Shown here in pieces: positions 1-9,643 of a stretch of DNA of 64,000 nt. Source of the stretch: Spirochaetia bacterium (lineage in GTDB: Bacteria > Spirochaetota > Spirochaetia > UBA9216); the NCBI GenBank assembly GCA_965140585.1, contig OZ223264.1, forward strand, positions 128,001-192,000. The letters run 5' to 3'. The number at the start of each line of letters is the position of its first letter. Within the stretch, counting starts at the first letter, position 1. The notes under the pieces were generated by a model. That model did no database searches. It had not been told where the DNA came from and saw only the letters and a program-made list of their open reading frames with translations. Position numbers and translations under genes: made by a program.

Positions 1-839
1 AGCTGAATACTTACTTCTGTTTTTTCCGGGCTGAATGTTCCGTCGGAAGCTATTGCTGCTTCCCAGTATGAGCTGTCAGCAAGATCCTCTGCAGAAAGAC
101 CTGCAAGTGCCTCAGCAGCTACAGAGTCATCGAGTTTAATATATGTTTTTGCAAGTTCAAGGGTCTGTGCAAGAGCAGAGTCAACAATCTTACCGTACTC
201 GGTTACAGTTGCGCCTGCAGTGTCGGTTTCAACCAGTTTCTTAACTTCTGATGCCATGTAGGCCTGGTGTTCGGCTGAAACTGAAGAACCGTAGTTGAAT
301 ACGATCTCTGCTGCTTCTTCAACATTATTTACCGCATATTCCCAGCCCTTCATTGAAGCGTAGATAAATGCTTTTACTGTCTCAGGATTTGCTGCTGCGA
401 ATTCGGCGGTTGTGAAGATATTGTCTTCAAGCATTGCAACGCCTTCGTCATTCATGTCGATGTATGAAACAGTGTCTCCGTATCCGTAACCGCCTGCATA
501 GCTGTTTTTAACAAGACCAAGCTCATTGTAGGTCATTGCTGATGCAAGCAGGATTGAATCGTCATCAAATCCGTCCATATCAAAAGCCTGGCTGAGATAT
601 GTAGTAGGCTGACCGTACTTTGAAAGCAGTGCCTGGATTTCGTATTCGTTACCAAGACCCCAGTTACCAACCTGGCCCTTGCCGGCTGCGTCTACAACGA
701 TGCTTTCAACTGATGCATCTGCTGAATAATAGGAGCTTCCCTCTTCAGATTCCTGGCTTCCTGAAGCGAAGAGCGGTGATGCGGCCATTACGCTGATTAA
801 GAGTAAAGACCCGATTGTAAGTAAATTAAACCTTTTCAT
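1..839 (-). CDS. NMT1/THI5-like ABC transporter substrate-binding protein (runs off the window; apparently circularly permuted)
   Basis: Hand translation from ATG at 839 (GGAGG SD at 846-850): MKRFNLLTIGSLLLISVMAASPLFASGSQE...VGNWGLGNEYEIQALL...AMTYNELG...LEDNIFTT...FIYASMKGWEYA...EKTEVSIQL. It follows two permeases and an ATPase. Confidence 0.85.
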   Translation of the reverse strand, partial: MKRFNLLTIGSLLLISVMAASPLFASGSQESEEGSSYYSADASVESIVVDAAGKGQVGNWGLGNEYEIQALLSKYGQPTTYLSQAFDMDGFDDDSILLASAMTYNELGLVKNSYAGGYGYGDTVSYIDMNDEGVAMLEDNIFTTAEFAAANPETVKAFIYASMKGWEYAVNNVEEAAEIVFNYGSSVSAEHQAYMASEVKKLVETDTAGATVTEYGKIVDSALAQTLELAKTYIKLDDSVAAEALAGLSAEDLADSSYWEAAIASDGTFSPEKTEVSIQ

Positions 840-893
840 GTAAATCCTCCGTCATGAATAATTGGGTTTATTATTTCAGTTGAAAAACTCCAG

Positions 894-1703
894 TTACCGG
901 CGTCCTTTCAACAAAATATTCTCAAGAAGAAGCAGCAGAATATACATGGTTACACCAATGCCGAATGCTGCCGTTATATACGCCCAGGCTGTTGAGTACT
1001 GGGCAAGAACTATGTTTTCACGAATTTGCCGTCCTACACCGATGATGTATTCGGCAAAGTATTCGCTGACCATTGCACTGATAATACTTCCGGGAACGCT
1101 TACCCGGAGTGCTGTAAAAATATACGGAACACTGTTGGGAACCCTCAGTTTAAGAAATATAGTCATCCTGTTTGCTGCAATTGAATGCATCAGGTCCTCT
1201 GAAAAAGGCTTGAGTTCAGAGAATCCCCTGAATGCATTGATGCTCATCGCCACTGTACAGGTAATCATTACGACAAGCATCTTGGCCAGCATACTGCGGA
1301 TATTGGGGTCGCGGCTGAAATCCTTTGTCAGGTTTGTCATAATCGGTGCTATTGCGATAATGGGGATGGCATTGAAAGCTGATACTATTGTGAGTCCGCC
1401 GGCGCCCCACTTGGGAAATGCTGTAGCAATGATTGCAAGCAGGTATCCGAGAACCGAGCCCATCAGCAGTCCGCCAAGGGCGACAGTAACTGTAGCCTTA
1501 ACATTTTTAAGGATAGAACCGGCGTTGTCTGCGATGATATTTGCAATTCGCCCGGGAAGGGGGAGTGTGAAAGTATCTGCCCCTAGGATCTTGTGCAGGG
1601 CTTCGGTCTGCCAGAGCATTATCACGAATAGTCCAAACACTACGGGAAAGAAAATGGTTGTAAATTTGTCCTTGTTGAATTTCAGTGTATTATTTCTGCT
1701 CAT
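894..1703 (-). CDS. ABC transporter permease (SsuC/TauC/CmpB type)
   Basis: Multiple TM helices, EAA-like loop 'EDLMHSIAANRMTIFLKLRVPNSVPYIFTAL', operon context. Confidence 0.9.
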   Translation of the reverse strand: MSRNNTLKFNKDKFTTIFFPVVFGLFVIMLWQTEALHKILGADTFTLPLPGRIANIIADNAGSILKNVKATVTVALGGLLMGSVLGYLLAIIATAFPKWGAGGLTIVSAFNAIPIIAIAPIMTNLTKDFSRDPNIRSMLAKMLVVMITCTVAMSINAFRGFSELKPFSEDLMHSIAANRMTIFLKLRVPNSVPYIFTALRVSVPGSIISAMVSEYFAEYIIGVGRQIRENIVLAQYSTAWAYITAAFGIGVTMYILLLLLENILLKGRR

Positions 1704-1715
1704 ATTTCTTTCCTG

Positions 1716-2528
1716 TTAACCTGCTGCCCGTTTGCCCGGTGATACTATTTTTTCAAGCAGCGACATAAGCTGATAACTGAGTATTCCGATTATTGCGCTG
1801 ACAAATACTATCTGCCAGAAAACATAGATGCTCATGGCATGTTTTAGCGACTGTGACAGCATTGTTCCCAGTCCGCCGCCGCCCTGAAGTGTATCTACAA
1901 GTATTGATGCGGTAATGGCAAATGGTGCAGCAATCTTTAGTCCTGTGAAAAAGTAGGGAAGGCAGGACGGCAGCAGCAGCTTGGTGTAGATGTGAATCTG
2001 CGACGCGGCTATCGAGTGCATGAGTTCGTGCTTTTCCTTTTCGACAGCTTTCAACCCGGCGAGGGTATTTGTTGCAACAGGATAGAATGTAAGTATTGCT
2101 GCAATAACTATCCGGCTTTTATCAATATCCTTTGTAATGGCAAGTACAATCGGAGCCATTCCCAGAATCGGAATCATCTGGATCATCATCAGATACGGGA
2201 AGGCTGTCTTTTCAATTGGAACAAACATTCTCATTAAAAGCGCCAGGGCAAAACCCACAGCGATTCCGATCAGAAAGCCTATTCCGGCACGGTATAGGGT
2301 GATTCCTGCATTGCTCATTACCAGCTGCAGGGCTGTCTGCTTGTTTGCAACCAACGCTGAACTGAAAACCGATTCAATAATCTGATAAAGATGGGGCAGT
2401 ACATTCTCGGGGGTTCTTTTTGAGCCCGCAATGAATGTTGCTCCGATTTCCCAGAGACCTACAAGCCCGAGGCCCCATACAAGCGTTACCAGCTTACTCT
2501 GGTGTTTTGATTGTTTTACTCCGGCCAC
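1716..2528 (-). CDS. ABC transporter permease (SsuC/TauC type)
   Basis: TM helices, 'ELMHSIAASQIHIYTKLLLPSCLPYFFTGLK' loop. Confidence 0.9.
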   Translation of the reverse strand: MAGVKQSKHQSKLVTLVWGLGLVGLWEIGATFIAGSKRTPENVLPHLYQIIESVFSSALVANKQTALQLVMSNAGITLYRAGIGFLIGIAVGFALALLMRMFVPIEKTAFPYLMMIQMIPILGMAPIVLAITKDIDKSRIVIAAILTFYPVATNTLAGLKAVEKEKHELMHSIAASQIHIYTKLLLPSCLPYFFTGLKIAAPFAITASILVDTLQGGGGLGTMLSQSLKHAMSIYVFWQIVFVSAIIGILSYQLMSLLEKIVSPGKRAAG

Positions 2529-2530
2529 TG

Positions 2531-3310
2531 CTAGACTCCCTCAAAACTGTGGCGGACTTTGGTAACAAGCTTTGCAAACTCAGGATTATCTTTGGAGTCA
2601 AGGTTTCTCGGCCTGGGGATATCAATACCGACCACAGCCGAAACTCTGCCTGGGTGGGGTGAAAGAACTACAACCCTGTCCGAAAGAAATACTGATTCCT
2701 GAATATTGTGAGTAACGAAAAGTATAGTCTTATTGGTTTTCTGCCATATTCTCAGAAGATCCATGTGCAGCTTTTCTTTTGTGAATTCATCAAGTGCAGA
2801 GAACGGTTCATCCATAAGAAGTATTTCCGGATCAATAGCAAGCGCACGTGCAATTCCTACTCTCTGCTGCATTCCACCGCTGAGCTGGTGGGGATATTTG
2901 TCGCCGAATTCGGTTAATCCTACAAGTTCCAGAGTTTCTTCGATCCTTCGATGGCGCTCTGCTTTAGGTATGCCTATAACCTCCATAGGCATGGAAATAT
3001 TTTTTCTGACAGTCCTCCATTCAAAGAGAACCGGGCTCTGGAAGACAAAACCGTACTTCTGGCGCTGTCTAACTTCACTTGGAGTCATCCCTTTCACTGA
3101 GATGATTCCTGAACTTGGTGGCTGAAGATCTGCTATTGAGCGAAGCAGGGTTGTTTTACCGCAGCCTGATGGGCCTACGAGTGAGACAAACTGTCCTTCT
3201 TTGATGTCAAGATTAATGTCGGTAAGCGCATGTACCTCACCGGTTCCGTCCTGATCTGGAAAAGTAACACATAAGCCCAATATTTTAATTTCTGTATCAT
3301 TAGTCTGCAT
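2531..3310 (-). CDS. ABC transporter ATP-binding protein (SsuB/TauB type)
   Basis: Walker A GPSGCGKTT, signature LSGGMQQR, Walker B ILLMDEPF. Confidence 0.95.
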   Translation of the reverse strand: MQTNDTEIKILGLCVTFPDQDGTGEVHALTDINLDIKEGQFVSLVGPSGCGKTTLLRSIADLQPPSSGIISVKGMTPSEVRQRQKYGFVFQSPVLFEWRTVRKNISMPMEVIGIPKAERHRRIEETLELVGLTEFGDKYPHQLSGGMQQRVGIARALAIDPEILLMDEPFSALDEFTKEKLHMDLLRIWQKTNKTILFVTHNIQESVFLSDRVVVLSPHPGRVSAVVGIDIPRPRNLDSKDNPEFAKLVTKVRHSFEGV

Positions 3311-3322
3311 ATGGGGATATAA

Positions 3323-3338
3323 TGCAAATTACATGCCA
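3323..3338 (-). promoter_or_regulatory. sigma54 (-24/-12) promoter
   Basis: Minus strand TGGCATGTAATTTGCA has GG-N10-GC spacing and matches TGGCACG-N4-TTGCW with one mismatch. Confidence 0.8.
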
Positions 3339-3454
3339 AAAATTCCTGACTTCTATAGTAAGGATGAAATTCGCTGTGTTTAATGAAAAATATAGTGCTA
3401 ATCGTGACGATTAAGTGTGATTTCGAAGGGAAAAATGACTTTTAACAAAAATGT

Positions 3455-3505
3455 AAAAAACAAAATTGAATGATAAAGCTACATTAATGTAACTTTATCA
3501 TTCAA
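3455..3505 (-). terminator. Intrinsic terminator downstream of purU
   Basis: 40-bp near-perfect palindrome at 3466-3505. Its single mismatch is a G-U pair on the minus strand, and it is followed by TTTTGTTTTTT. Confidence 0.65.
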
Positions 3506-3572
3506 ATAAAACAAAATTGTAGGTTGATCGAGAAAGTATCAAAACCAGCCGGCTTTGATACACGTTCAGGTT

Positions 3573-4409
3573 TTATTTAAAAATTATTGTGTGATTATTT
3601 GAAACAAAAACCCTGTCATCAAAAACCATTTCCATTGCCTTTGCAAGAACAGCTTTTTCTACATCGCGGCCGGCCCGTGCCAGAGCTTCAGCATTCTGCT
3701 TATGTGTAATGTTAATAACGTTCTGCTCAATTATCGGCCCGTCATCAAGATCCTGGTTTACAAAGTGGGCTGTTGCTCCGATGATCTTTACTCCGCGTTC
3801 ATATGCCTGCCGATAGGGGTTTGCTCCGATGAATGCCGGAAGGAATGAATGGTGAATATTGATAATTTGATCAAGGTAATGATCAGTGAATGATGAGGAA
3901 AGGATTCTCATATATTTTGCCAGTACAATATATTCGGGACTGTACTGATCAATAATGTTTATTATCTTCCTCTCGTGTTCTTCCCTGCTGATGTTTTCAT
4001 GGCTGATATAATGATAGGGAACACCCATTTTTTCAGTAAATTCTCTTAGTGAATCATAATTGCTGATTACAGCCAGAATATTTGCGTTTATATTGTTGAA
4101 AAAATGTCTTACAAGAATATCACCAAGGCAGTGGTGTTCCTTAGTTGCCATGACAATTATATTCTTTTTTCTTTTTCCGTGAAGTTTAATGTCCGCTTCT
4201 TCACCGAGTGCTGCTTTAAGATCGTCGTACATGACTCCGGAATCAAAGGTTCCGTTAAACTCTGTTCTCATAAAAAAACGTGAAGCATCGCTGTCGGTAT
4301 ACTGATCGCTTTCAACAACATTAACGTTATGATTCAGCAGAATATGAGTAATATCATGTACCAGGCCCTTTCTGTCTGGACAGTCAATTTTAAGTGTATG
4401 CTTGTTCAT
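3573..4409 (-). CDS. purU: Formyltetrahydrofolate deformylase
   Basis: N-terminal ACT domain (CPDRKGLV), INIHHSFLPAFIGANPY, GVKIIGATAHFV, LDDGPIIEQ. Confidence 0.97.
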   Translation of the reverse strand: MNKHTLKIDCPDRKGLVHDITHILLNHNVNVVESDQYTDSDASRFFMRTEFNGTFDSGVMYDDLKAALGEEADIKLHGKRKKNIIVMATKEHHCLGDILVRHFFNNINANILAVISNYDSLREFTEKMGVPYHYISHENISREEHERKIINIIDQYSPEYIVLAKYMRILSSSFTDHYLDQIINIHHSFLPAFIGANPYRQAYERGVKIIGATAHFVNQDLDDGPIIEQNVINITHKQNAEALARAGRDVEKAVLAKAMEMVFDDRVFVSNNHTIIFK

Positions 4410-4681
4410 ATCTTTCTTTCCTTAAACTAATGAGTAATTCATTGGGTATTTCTTTTGAATAAAAATGGAAATATCCGAAGTAGCTGATCTGCTTAAACTT
4501 AACATAGAAAGATTTTTTTTAAAATACCGCTTAACCCAAATCGTCAATATTTACTTTTCAGAAAGTTTTAAATATAATTTCGTCAACATTGTCCCTATTC
4601 TTCTATACTTAGCTTTTAAATAAATCTCTATAATCAAAGTAAATAGAAGTAACCGGAAAACATTTTTTAGAGAGGCTTTTA

Positions 4682-6541
4682 ATGAAAAGCTACGGCAAAT
4701 CATATTTAATAAATACCCTGTTTTTCGGGATCTTGGGTTTTATTGCAGATGGGGTAAATTGCGGAATTTTCAATTCGAACGAAGTGCCCTTTTTTACATC
4801 TTTTCTCAGGACAATGCTGATTGGTTTTCCTTTTTTTATTCCGGCAATCGGAATCCTTGTTGGTCTTAAAAGAAGCTACAAACATGATTTTTCAAATCAA
4901 GATGAAAAAGAAACACTTAATGCACTTTTCAAAACGGGTAAACTGCCGCTTATTTCAATGGTTGTATTTACTTTCTTTTTAATCTTGTACGTAATTTTAA
5001 TTTATAAAATGAGGACCTGGCTCGGCCTTTACGAGGGACTTGAGCTTACTGTAGCTGTTCTTTGTTTTTCATGGGGAATGCTGGCTGCCGCAGGCGTATA
5101 CATAGGAACGGATAGAATCAATGTGAATTATCTTACCAGTCTTGATTTGTACCGCTATCCAAGTATGCTTCGCGAAGATCGACAGTCGCTGAAGATGATA
5201 ATTATACCGCTTATAACAGCCTTGCTTGGTTTAACCTATACATTTGGTCTGGGTGGCAGTCTTCTTGTTAAATACAGAACATTCGCCGAGATTCCCCATA
5301 ACTCATTTATTTTTGCAGGGGTATGTCTTGTTATCTATTTCTTTTTGATAATTTTATTAGCCAAAATCTGCAGTGACAACCATAAACTTGTTTTTAAAAC
5401 TGTGATTGAACAGCTCGATCAGCTTTCTTCAGGGGACAAAGATCTTGCGAAGAGGATCAGCATTGGTTCGATTGATGAAGTAGCGTCTATCTCCGGACTG
5501 ATAAATATTTTTGTAGAAAAACTTGCAGAAAGTATAGATACAATCAAGAAGGCTCAGATTGAATTGAGAACCCTGGGTGAGCAGCTTGGTAAGAATGCAA
5601 ATGAGGCTGAATTGGATGTCTCAGATATTTCCAGTCATATCGATACGATGAAGACTCAGACTGAAGCTCAGTCGGCGAGCATCCTTGAAACTTCAGGCGC
5701 GGTAGAGGAAATCGGTATGATCATTAATAACATGAACAAACTGATAACCGAACAAAGTTCAAGTATAAGCGAATCTTCCTCAGCTATAGAGCAAATGGCA
5801 GGCAACATTGTTTCGATTAATAATTCCATGTCAGTTATGGCTGATGAGTTCCGGGATCTTTCAGAGACCTCGGTTAAAGGTCTATCTATTCAGGATGAAA
5901 CCTACAAACGGACATCGGATATCTCCAAAAAATCACAGGACCTTCAGGTAGCCAATCAGGTAATCGCAGATATTGCGGCGCAGACAAACCTTCTTGCCAT
6001 GAACGCGGCAATAGAGGCTGCGCATGCCGGCGAATCAGGCCGCGGATTTGCTGTAGTTGCAGCTGAAATCAGAAAGCTGGCGGAGCATTCGGCGCAGAAC
6101 TCTAAATCAATAAGTGCAATTCTTGGAGAGGTTCAGGCCGGTATTCAGAAGGTTGTTGATTCATCAATGTCCTCAAAGCAGATCTTCAGCACTGTTGCAG
6201 AGAAAATCGGTTCAACCGACAGTCTGGTAAATGAAATTAATCAGACTATGAAGGAACAGAAGGAAGGAACCCGGCAGATTCTCAGCTCTCTCGATAAAAT
6301 GAATGATATTACTTCACAGGTTCAGAGCGGGGCTTCTGAGATGCGGAGCGGCAGTGAGACTATTGTGAAGGAGATGTCCAGTCTGAATGAGCATACTGAG
6401 GAAATGCGCTCAAATATGGAAGCAATAGTCAGGGGTATCAAAAATGTTAATCAGAGTGTTGATGCTGTATCCAATATCGCTGTCGTAACTGCCAGATCTA
6501 TTGAACATATATCCGATGCTGTAGGAGTCTTTAAGACTTAA
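4682..6541 (+). CDS. Methyl-accepting chemotaxis protein
   Basis: Multi-TM N-terminus, HAMP, signalling motif [38 protein letters not shown]. Confidence 0.96.
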   Translation: MKSYGKSYLINTLFFGILGFIADGVNCGIFNSNEVPFFTSFLRTMLIGFPFFIPAIGILVGLKRSYKHDFSNQDEKETLNALFKTGKLPLISMVVFTFFLILYVILIYKMRTWLGLYEGLELTVAVLCFSWGMLAAAGVYIGTDRINVNYLTSLDLYRYPSMLREDRQSLKMIIIPLITALLGLTYTFGLGGSLLVKYRTFAEIPHNSFIFAGVCLVIYFFLIILLAKICSDNHKLVFKTVIEQLDQLSSGDKDLAKRISIGSIDEVASISGLINIFVEKLAESIDTIKKAQIELRTLGEQLGKNANEAELDVSDISSHIDTMKTQTEAQSASILETSGAVEEIGMIINNMNKLITEQSSSISESSSAIEQMAGNIVSINNSMSVMADEFRDLSETSVKGLSIQDETYKRTSDISKKSQDLQVANQVIADIAAQTNLLAMNAAIEAAHAGESGRGFAVVAAEIRKLAEHSAQNSKSISAILGEVQAGIQKVVDSSMSSKQIFSTVAEKIGSTDSLVNEINQTMKEQKEGTRQILSSLDKMNDITSQVQSGASEMRSGSETIVKEMSSLNEHTEEMRSNMEAIVRGIKNVNQSVDAVSNIAVVTARSIEHISDAVGVFKT

Positions 6542-7070
6542 GCTCTATTTCCAGAGAGCAGTTATATTCATAGAATCTGTCAATAAGGCGGCGCTGTTCC
6601 GAGGTGATGTTAACCATCATTTCTGATTTTATATGTTTTACCGCTTCATCCGCTGTGACTCTGTCTATTGCTATTATTATGCATGCAACGGCGAGCGATG
6701 TTCTTCCGACACCCGCATGACAATGAACAATAATCCGTTCTCTTTTTTGCAGCCTTTGCTTTGCCTCAAGAACCAGACTTTTGACCACATCAAGTGACGG
6801 TGCCTGAAAGTCGGGTATTATATACCTCGAATAAGTGATTCCGAGTTTAGTATATTCCTTAAAAAGATCCTTTCTTGCCTTGTTCTGAATTTCACTGTCG
6901 GTTACAAGACTGAAAACGTGATCAACATGGTGATGTTTGTAAAGCTTTAAGAGTGAGCCCGGATCATATGCTCCTGACGGCATGGGGCTTACAAACAGCC
7001 TACCTGCAGTATTCAGGGGAATCTGTCGAAAGATTCCCGAATCTCTGTTTTTGTTTATGAAATTCAGCAT
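6531..7070 (-). CDS. Dual-specificity/protein-tyrosine phosphatase family protein
   Basis: CX5R loop [10 protein letters not shown] and general-acid loop IPDFQAP. Confidence 0.9.
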   Translation of the reverse strand: MLNFINKNRDSGIFRQIPLNTAGRLFVSPMPSGAYDPGSLLKLYKHHHVDHVFSLVTDSEIQNKARKDLFKEYTKLGITYSRYIIPDFQAPSLDVVKSLVLEAKQRLQKRERIIVHCHAGVGRTSLAVACIIIAIDRVTADEAVKHIKSEMMVNITSEQRRLIDRFYEYNCSLEIELKS

Positions 7071-8356
7071 TCAGAACCGGCCTTTGGGAATGTGTGAGCC
7101 GCATCAGGAATAAGCCAGTATGAAACTTCTGCGGTGTCAGTCCTCCCCGAAACAAGATCCACTGCATCCTGCAGTGATTTAAAATTTTCTATACCTGCGT
7201 TTTTCAGCGAAGGTTCATTCATTTCGGAAACAAGTATTGTTTTAAATTTTGATGCAAGTTCACATCCGTAATAAGCTATGAACCTTCCAATTGTATAATT
7301 TTCTCTTAAGAAATTTTCACGCTCTGCCATCGTTGTAAAATCGGCCAGCATTTCTTCCATCAGGGGATTGCCGAGGCCCTCCTGGCTTCTGGTGGCCAGT
7401 ATCAGGGTTCCGCCGTCTTCAAGCGCCTGACATGCATTGATCATCGATTTTACCGACTGATAAAAGTTGATATCCCCGGGGAATCCGCCCGCTGAGGCTA
7501 TTACCACCGGCCTTTTTTTATCAATATTAATGAGAAAGAACTCCCGCAGCATCCGACAGCCTTTTTCATGAGCTTTAAGGTAGTGTCCGGCTACAGCTCC
7601 ACCAGGCGCACCCTTTCCCGGAAGAATGTTCACAAGGAAATCGGGTTTTATGAATTCCTGGGCTTCCATTAAATCCTCATGAAGCGGATTATCTATTATT
7701 TTGTCACATCCGATGAGGGGGTGGGAACCTTTTCCTTTTTCAGGGGCAAGGCTTAAGGAATGGTTCATCATTATGGTCTTTCTGCTGCTTATTCCGGGAA
7801 CCAGTGATTTCCGCCCCGCGCTGTATCCAGCCATAAGATGAAAAACAATACCGCCGGTAAGAATAAGCCTGTCAGCTTCGGCTGCGGCTCTGTTGATCTC
7901 CACAACCGTGCCCCTGCTCGTTGTCCCGACTTCGACAAGATTATCGGTATCATCACAGTCATGATCGATTATGCGGTACTTACCGTACAGTGAGCCTGTG
8001 AGCTGCTTTTTCTCATCTTCAGAGTGCTTTCGGTGTGTTCCGAGCGCTGACAGGAGGGTAATGTCTTCCGGCCTGATGCCGGTGTTTTCAAGTTCTTCTA
8101 CAATTAAAGGAAGGTAGATATCAGTACGCTGCCATGAGCGGGTTATGTCGGAAAAGACTACACAGACGGTCTCGCCGGGTTTCACAATTCTGCCAAGGGG
8201 GACAGAAGCCTCCGGTGATGACATTGCGGTTTTCACCATTTCGGCAAGAGATTCTTTGCTTTGTGCAAATGCAGAATCTATTAAATCGCCTTTCCAGTTT
8301 TCAGGTAGTTCGGCATCTATTTTCTGTTTTCCATATTCAAGACTGATACTGCTCAT
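7064..8356 (-). CDS. larA: LarA-family nickel-pincer racemase/epimerase (DUF2088)
   Basis: SDITR, ALGTHR, DHD, GTTSRGT, VFHLMAGYSAGRKS, SAGGFPGDINFYQSVK motifs. Confidence 0.88.
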   Translation of the reverse strand: MSSISLEYGKQKIDAELPENWKGDLIDSAFAQSKESLAEMVKTAMSSPEASVPLGRIVKPGETVCVVFSDITRSWQRTDIYLPLIVEELENTGIRPEDITLLSALGTHRKHSEDEKKQLTGSLYGKYRIIDHDCDDTDNLVEVGTTSRGTVVEINRAAAEADRLILTGGIVFHLMAGYSAGRKSLVPGISSRKTIMMNHSLSLAPEKGKGSHPLIGCDKIIDNPLHEDLMEAQEFIKPDFLVNILPGKGAPGGAVAGHYLKAHEKGCRMLREFFLINIDKKRPVVIASAGGFPGDINFYQSVKSMINACQALEDGGTLILATRSQEGLGNPLMEEMLADFTTMAERENFLRENYTIGRFIAYYGCELASKFKTILVSEMNEPSLKNAGIENFKSLQDAVDLVSGRTDTAEVSYWLIPDAAHTFPKAGSEC

Positions 8357-8535
8357 GAATCGAGCTTACTCCTTTGATTAGTTTTTTACAACATAGGCTT
8401 ATGGGTAACGATGCATCTTGCAAATTATTTATGTCAAATTTGAAAAGTGTGGCTGTTGCTATTGACAGAAACGCCAAATAGATTTAAATATATGAATACG
8501 ATTCTTTACATAGAAACAACAAAAGAGAGAAACTA

Positions 8536-9537
8536 ATGAAAAGAAAACTATTAACTATTCTTACAGCTGTCTTAATATTTACAACCGTAACAATGAATGC
8601 AGCAGCTTCAGGATCTTCAGAGGAAGCATCAGCGGCTGACGGAAGCCTTCGTATAGGTGTTTCACAGTTTGTGCAGCATCCTGCGCTTGATGCCGTTTAT
8701 CAGGGAATTGTCGATGAAATGGAAGCTCTCGGTTATGCCGATGTTGAATACGATTACCAGAACTCCAATGCTGATGTAAATACCTGCAGGCAGATTGCAT
8801 CGCTTTTTCAGTCAAAGAAAATGGATATGGTGGTAGGTATTGCTACCCCGAATGCGCAGGCATTAAAGAGCGGTGTAACAAACGCACCTCTTATCTATGC
8901 GGCAATTACAGACCCGGTATCCGCCGGCCTCGTTGAAACACTTGAACACGGTGATGCGAATATGACAGGTACCTCATATAAGAATCCATTCAAAGAGCAG
9001 ATTGAATTTCTGATGTCATTTCATGAAGTAAAGGTTTTTGGACAGGTTTATACCGGAAGCGAAGATAATGCCATGTTTCAGGCTAAGCAGGTTGAGAAAG
9101 CCTGTGCAGAGCTGGGTATAGAATATCTGGGTACTTCAATTGCTTCATCCGCAGAGGTTAAGTCTGCAACTGAATCAATCGTGAAAAGAGTGGATGCCAT
9201 CTATGTTACAAATGACAACACTGTTGTTTCTGCTCTGGGCGGACTTGTGCAGACGGCAACAGCAAACAAGGTTCCTGTACTTTCAGCTGATACAGCTTCT
9301 GCAAAAGATAATCCGGTATTTATCGCCTGGGGTTTTGACTGGCACTACATCGGTGTTGAAACTGCAAGGCTGATGGATAAAATCCTCAAAGGTGAGAAGT
9401 CTGAAGACATGCCGACAACAGTTGTAAGTGATCCGAAATATATGGAGATGTATCTTAACACCGGTGTCGCTGAAAAAATCGGAATTGAATTTCCGCAGTC
9501 CGTCCTTGACCAGGCGGCAGTAATTCTTGAAGAGTAA
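8536..9537 (+). CDS. ABC substrate-binding protein (ABC_sub_bind, aromatic amino acid type)
   Basis: QFVQHPALD, IATPNAQ, AITDPVSAGLV, DNTVVSA; signal peptide; no cognate permease adjacent. Confidence 0.9.
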   Translation: MKRKLLTILTAVLIFTTVTMNAAASGSSEEASAADGSLRIGVSQFVQHPALDAVYQGIVDEMEALGYADVEYDYQNSNADVNTCRQIASLFQSKKMDMVVGIATPNAQALKSGVTNAPLIYAAITDPVSAGLVETLEHGDANMTGTSYKNPFKEQIEFLMSFHEVKVFGQVYTGSEDNAMFQAKQVEKACAELGIEYLGTSIASSAEVKSATESIVKRVDAIYVTNDNTVVSALGGLVQTATANKVPVLSADTASAKDNPVFIAWGFDWHYIGVETARLMDKILKGEKSEDMPTTVVSDPKYMEMYLNTGVAEKIGIEFPQSVLDQAAVILEE

Positions 9538-9567
9538 AAATATAAGATAGTTTTTCAGGTATAAAAT

Positions 9568-9606
9568 AAAGCCCGGAAGGTTTTACGGAACTTTCCGGGC
9601 TTTTTA
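9568..9606 (+). terminator. Intrinsic terminator
   Basis: AAAGCCCGGAAGGTT...AACTTTCCGGGCTTTTT hairpin with U-tract. Confidence 0.85.
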
Positions 9607-9643
9607 TTTGTTATGAAGCAGTTCATTAACTATAATTTTAATA

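Noticed and set aside
862-1719. 285-aa plus-strand ORF and other long antisense ORFs (e.g. 38154-38864, 43294-43884, 25751-26203)
   Set aside because: They are shadows of well-supported genes on the opposite strand and show no motifs.
3466-3505. 40-bp palindrome as an activator site or mobile element
   Set aside because: The G-U-compatible mismatch and U-tract on the minus strand fit the purU terminator better.
4410-4681. Possible ZTP/THF riboswitch before purU, and a 52-codon ORF at 4465
   Set aside because: No conserved riboswitch core is visible. The ORF has no SD and lies in AT-rich promoter DNA.
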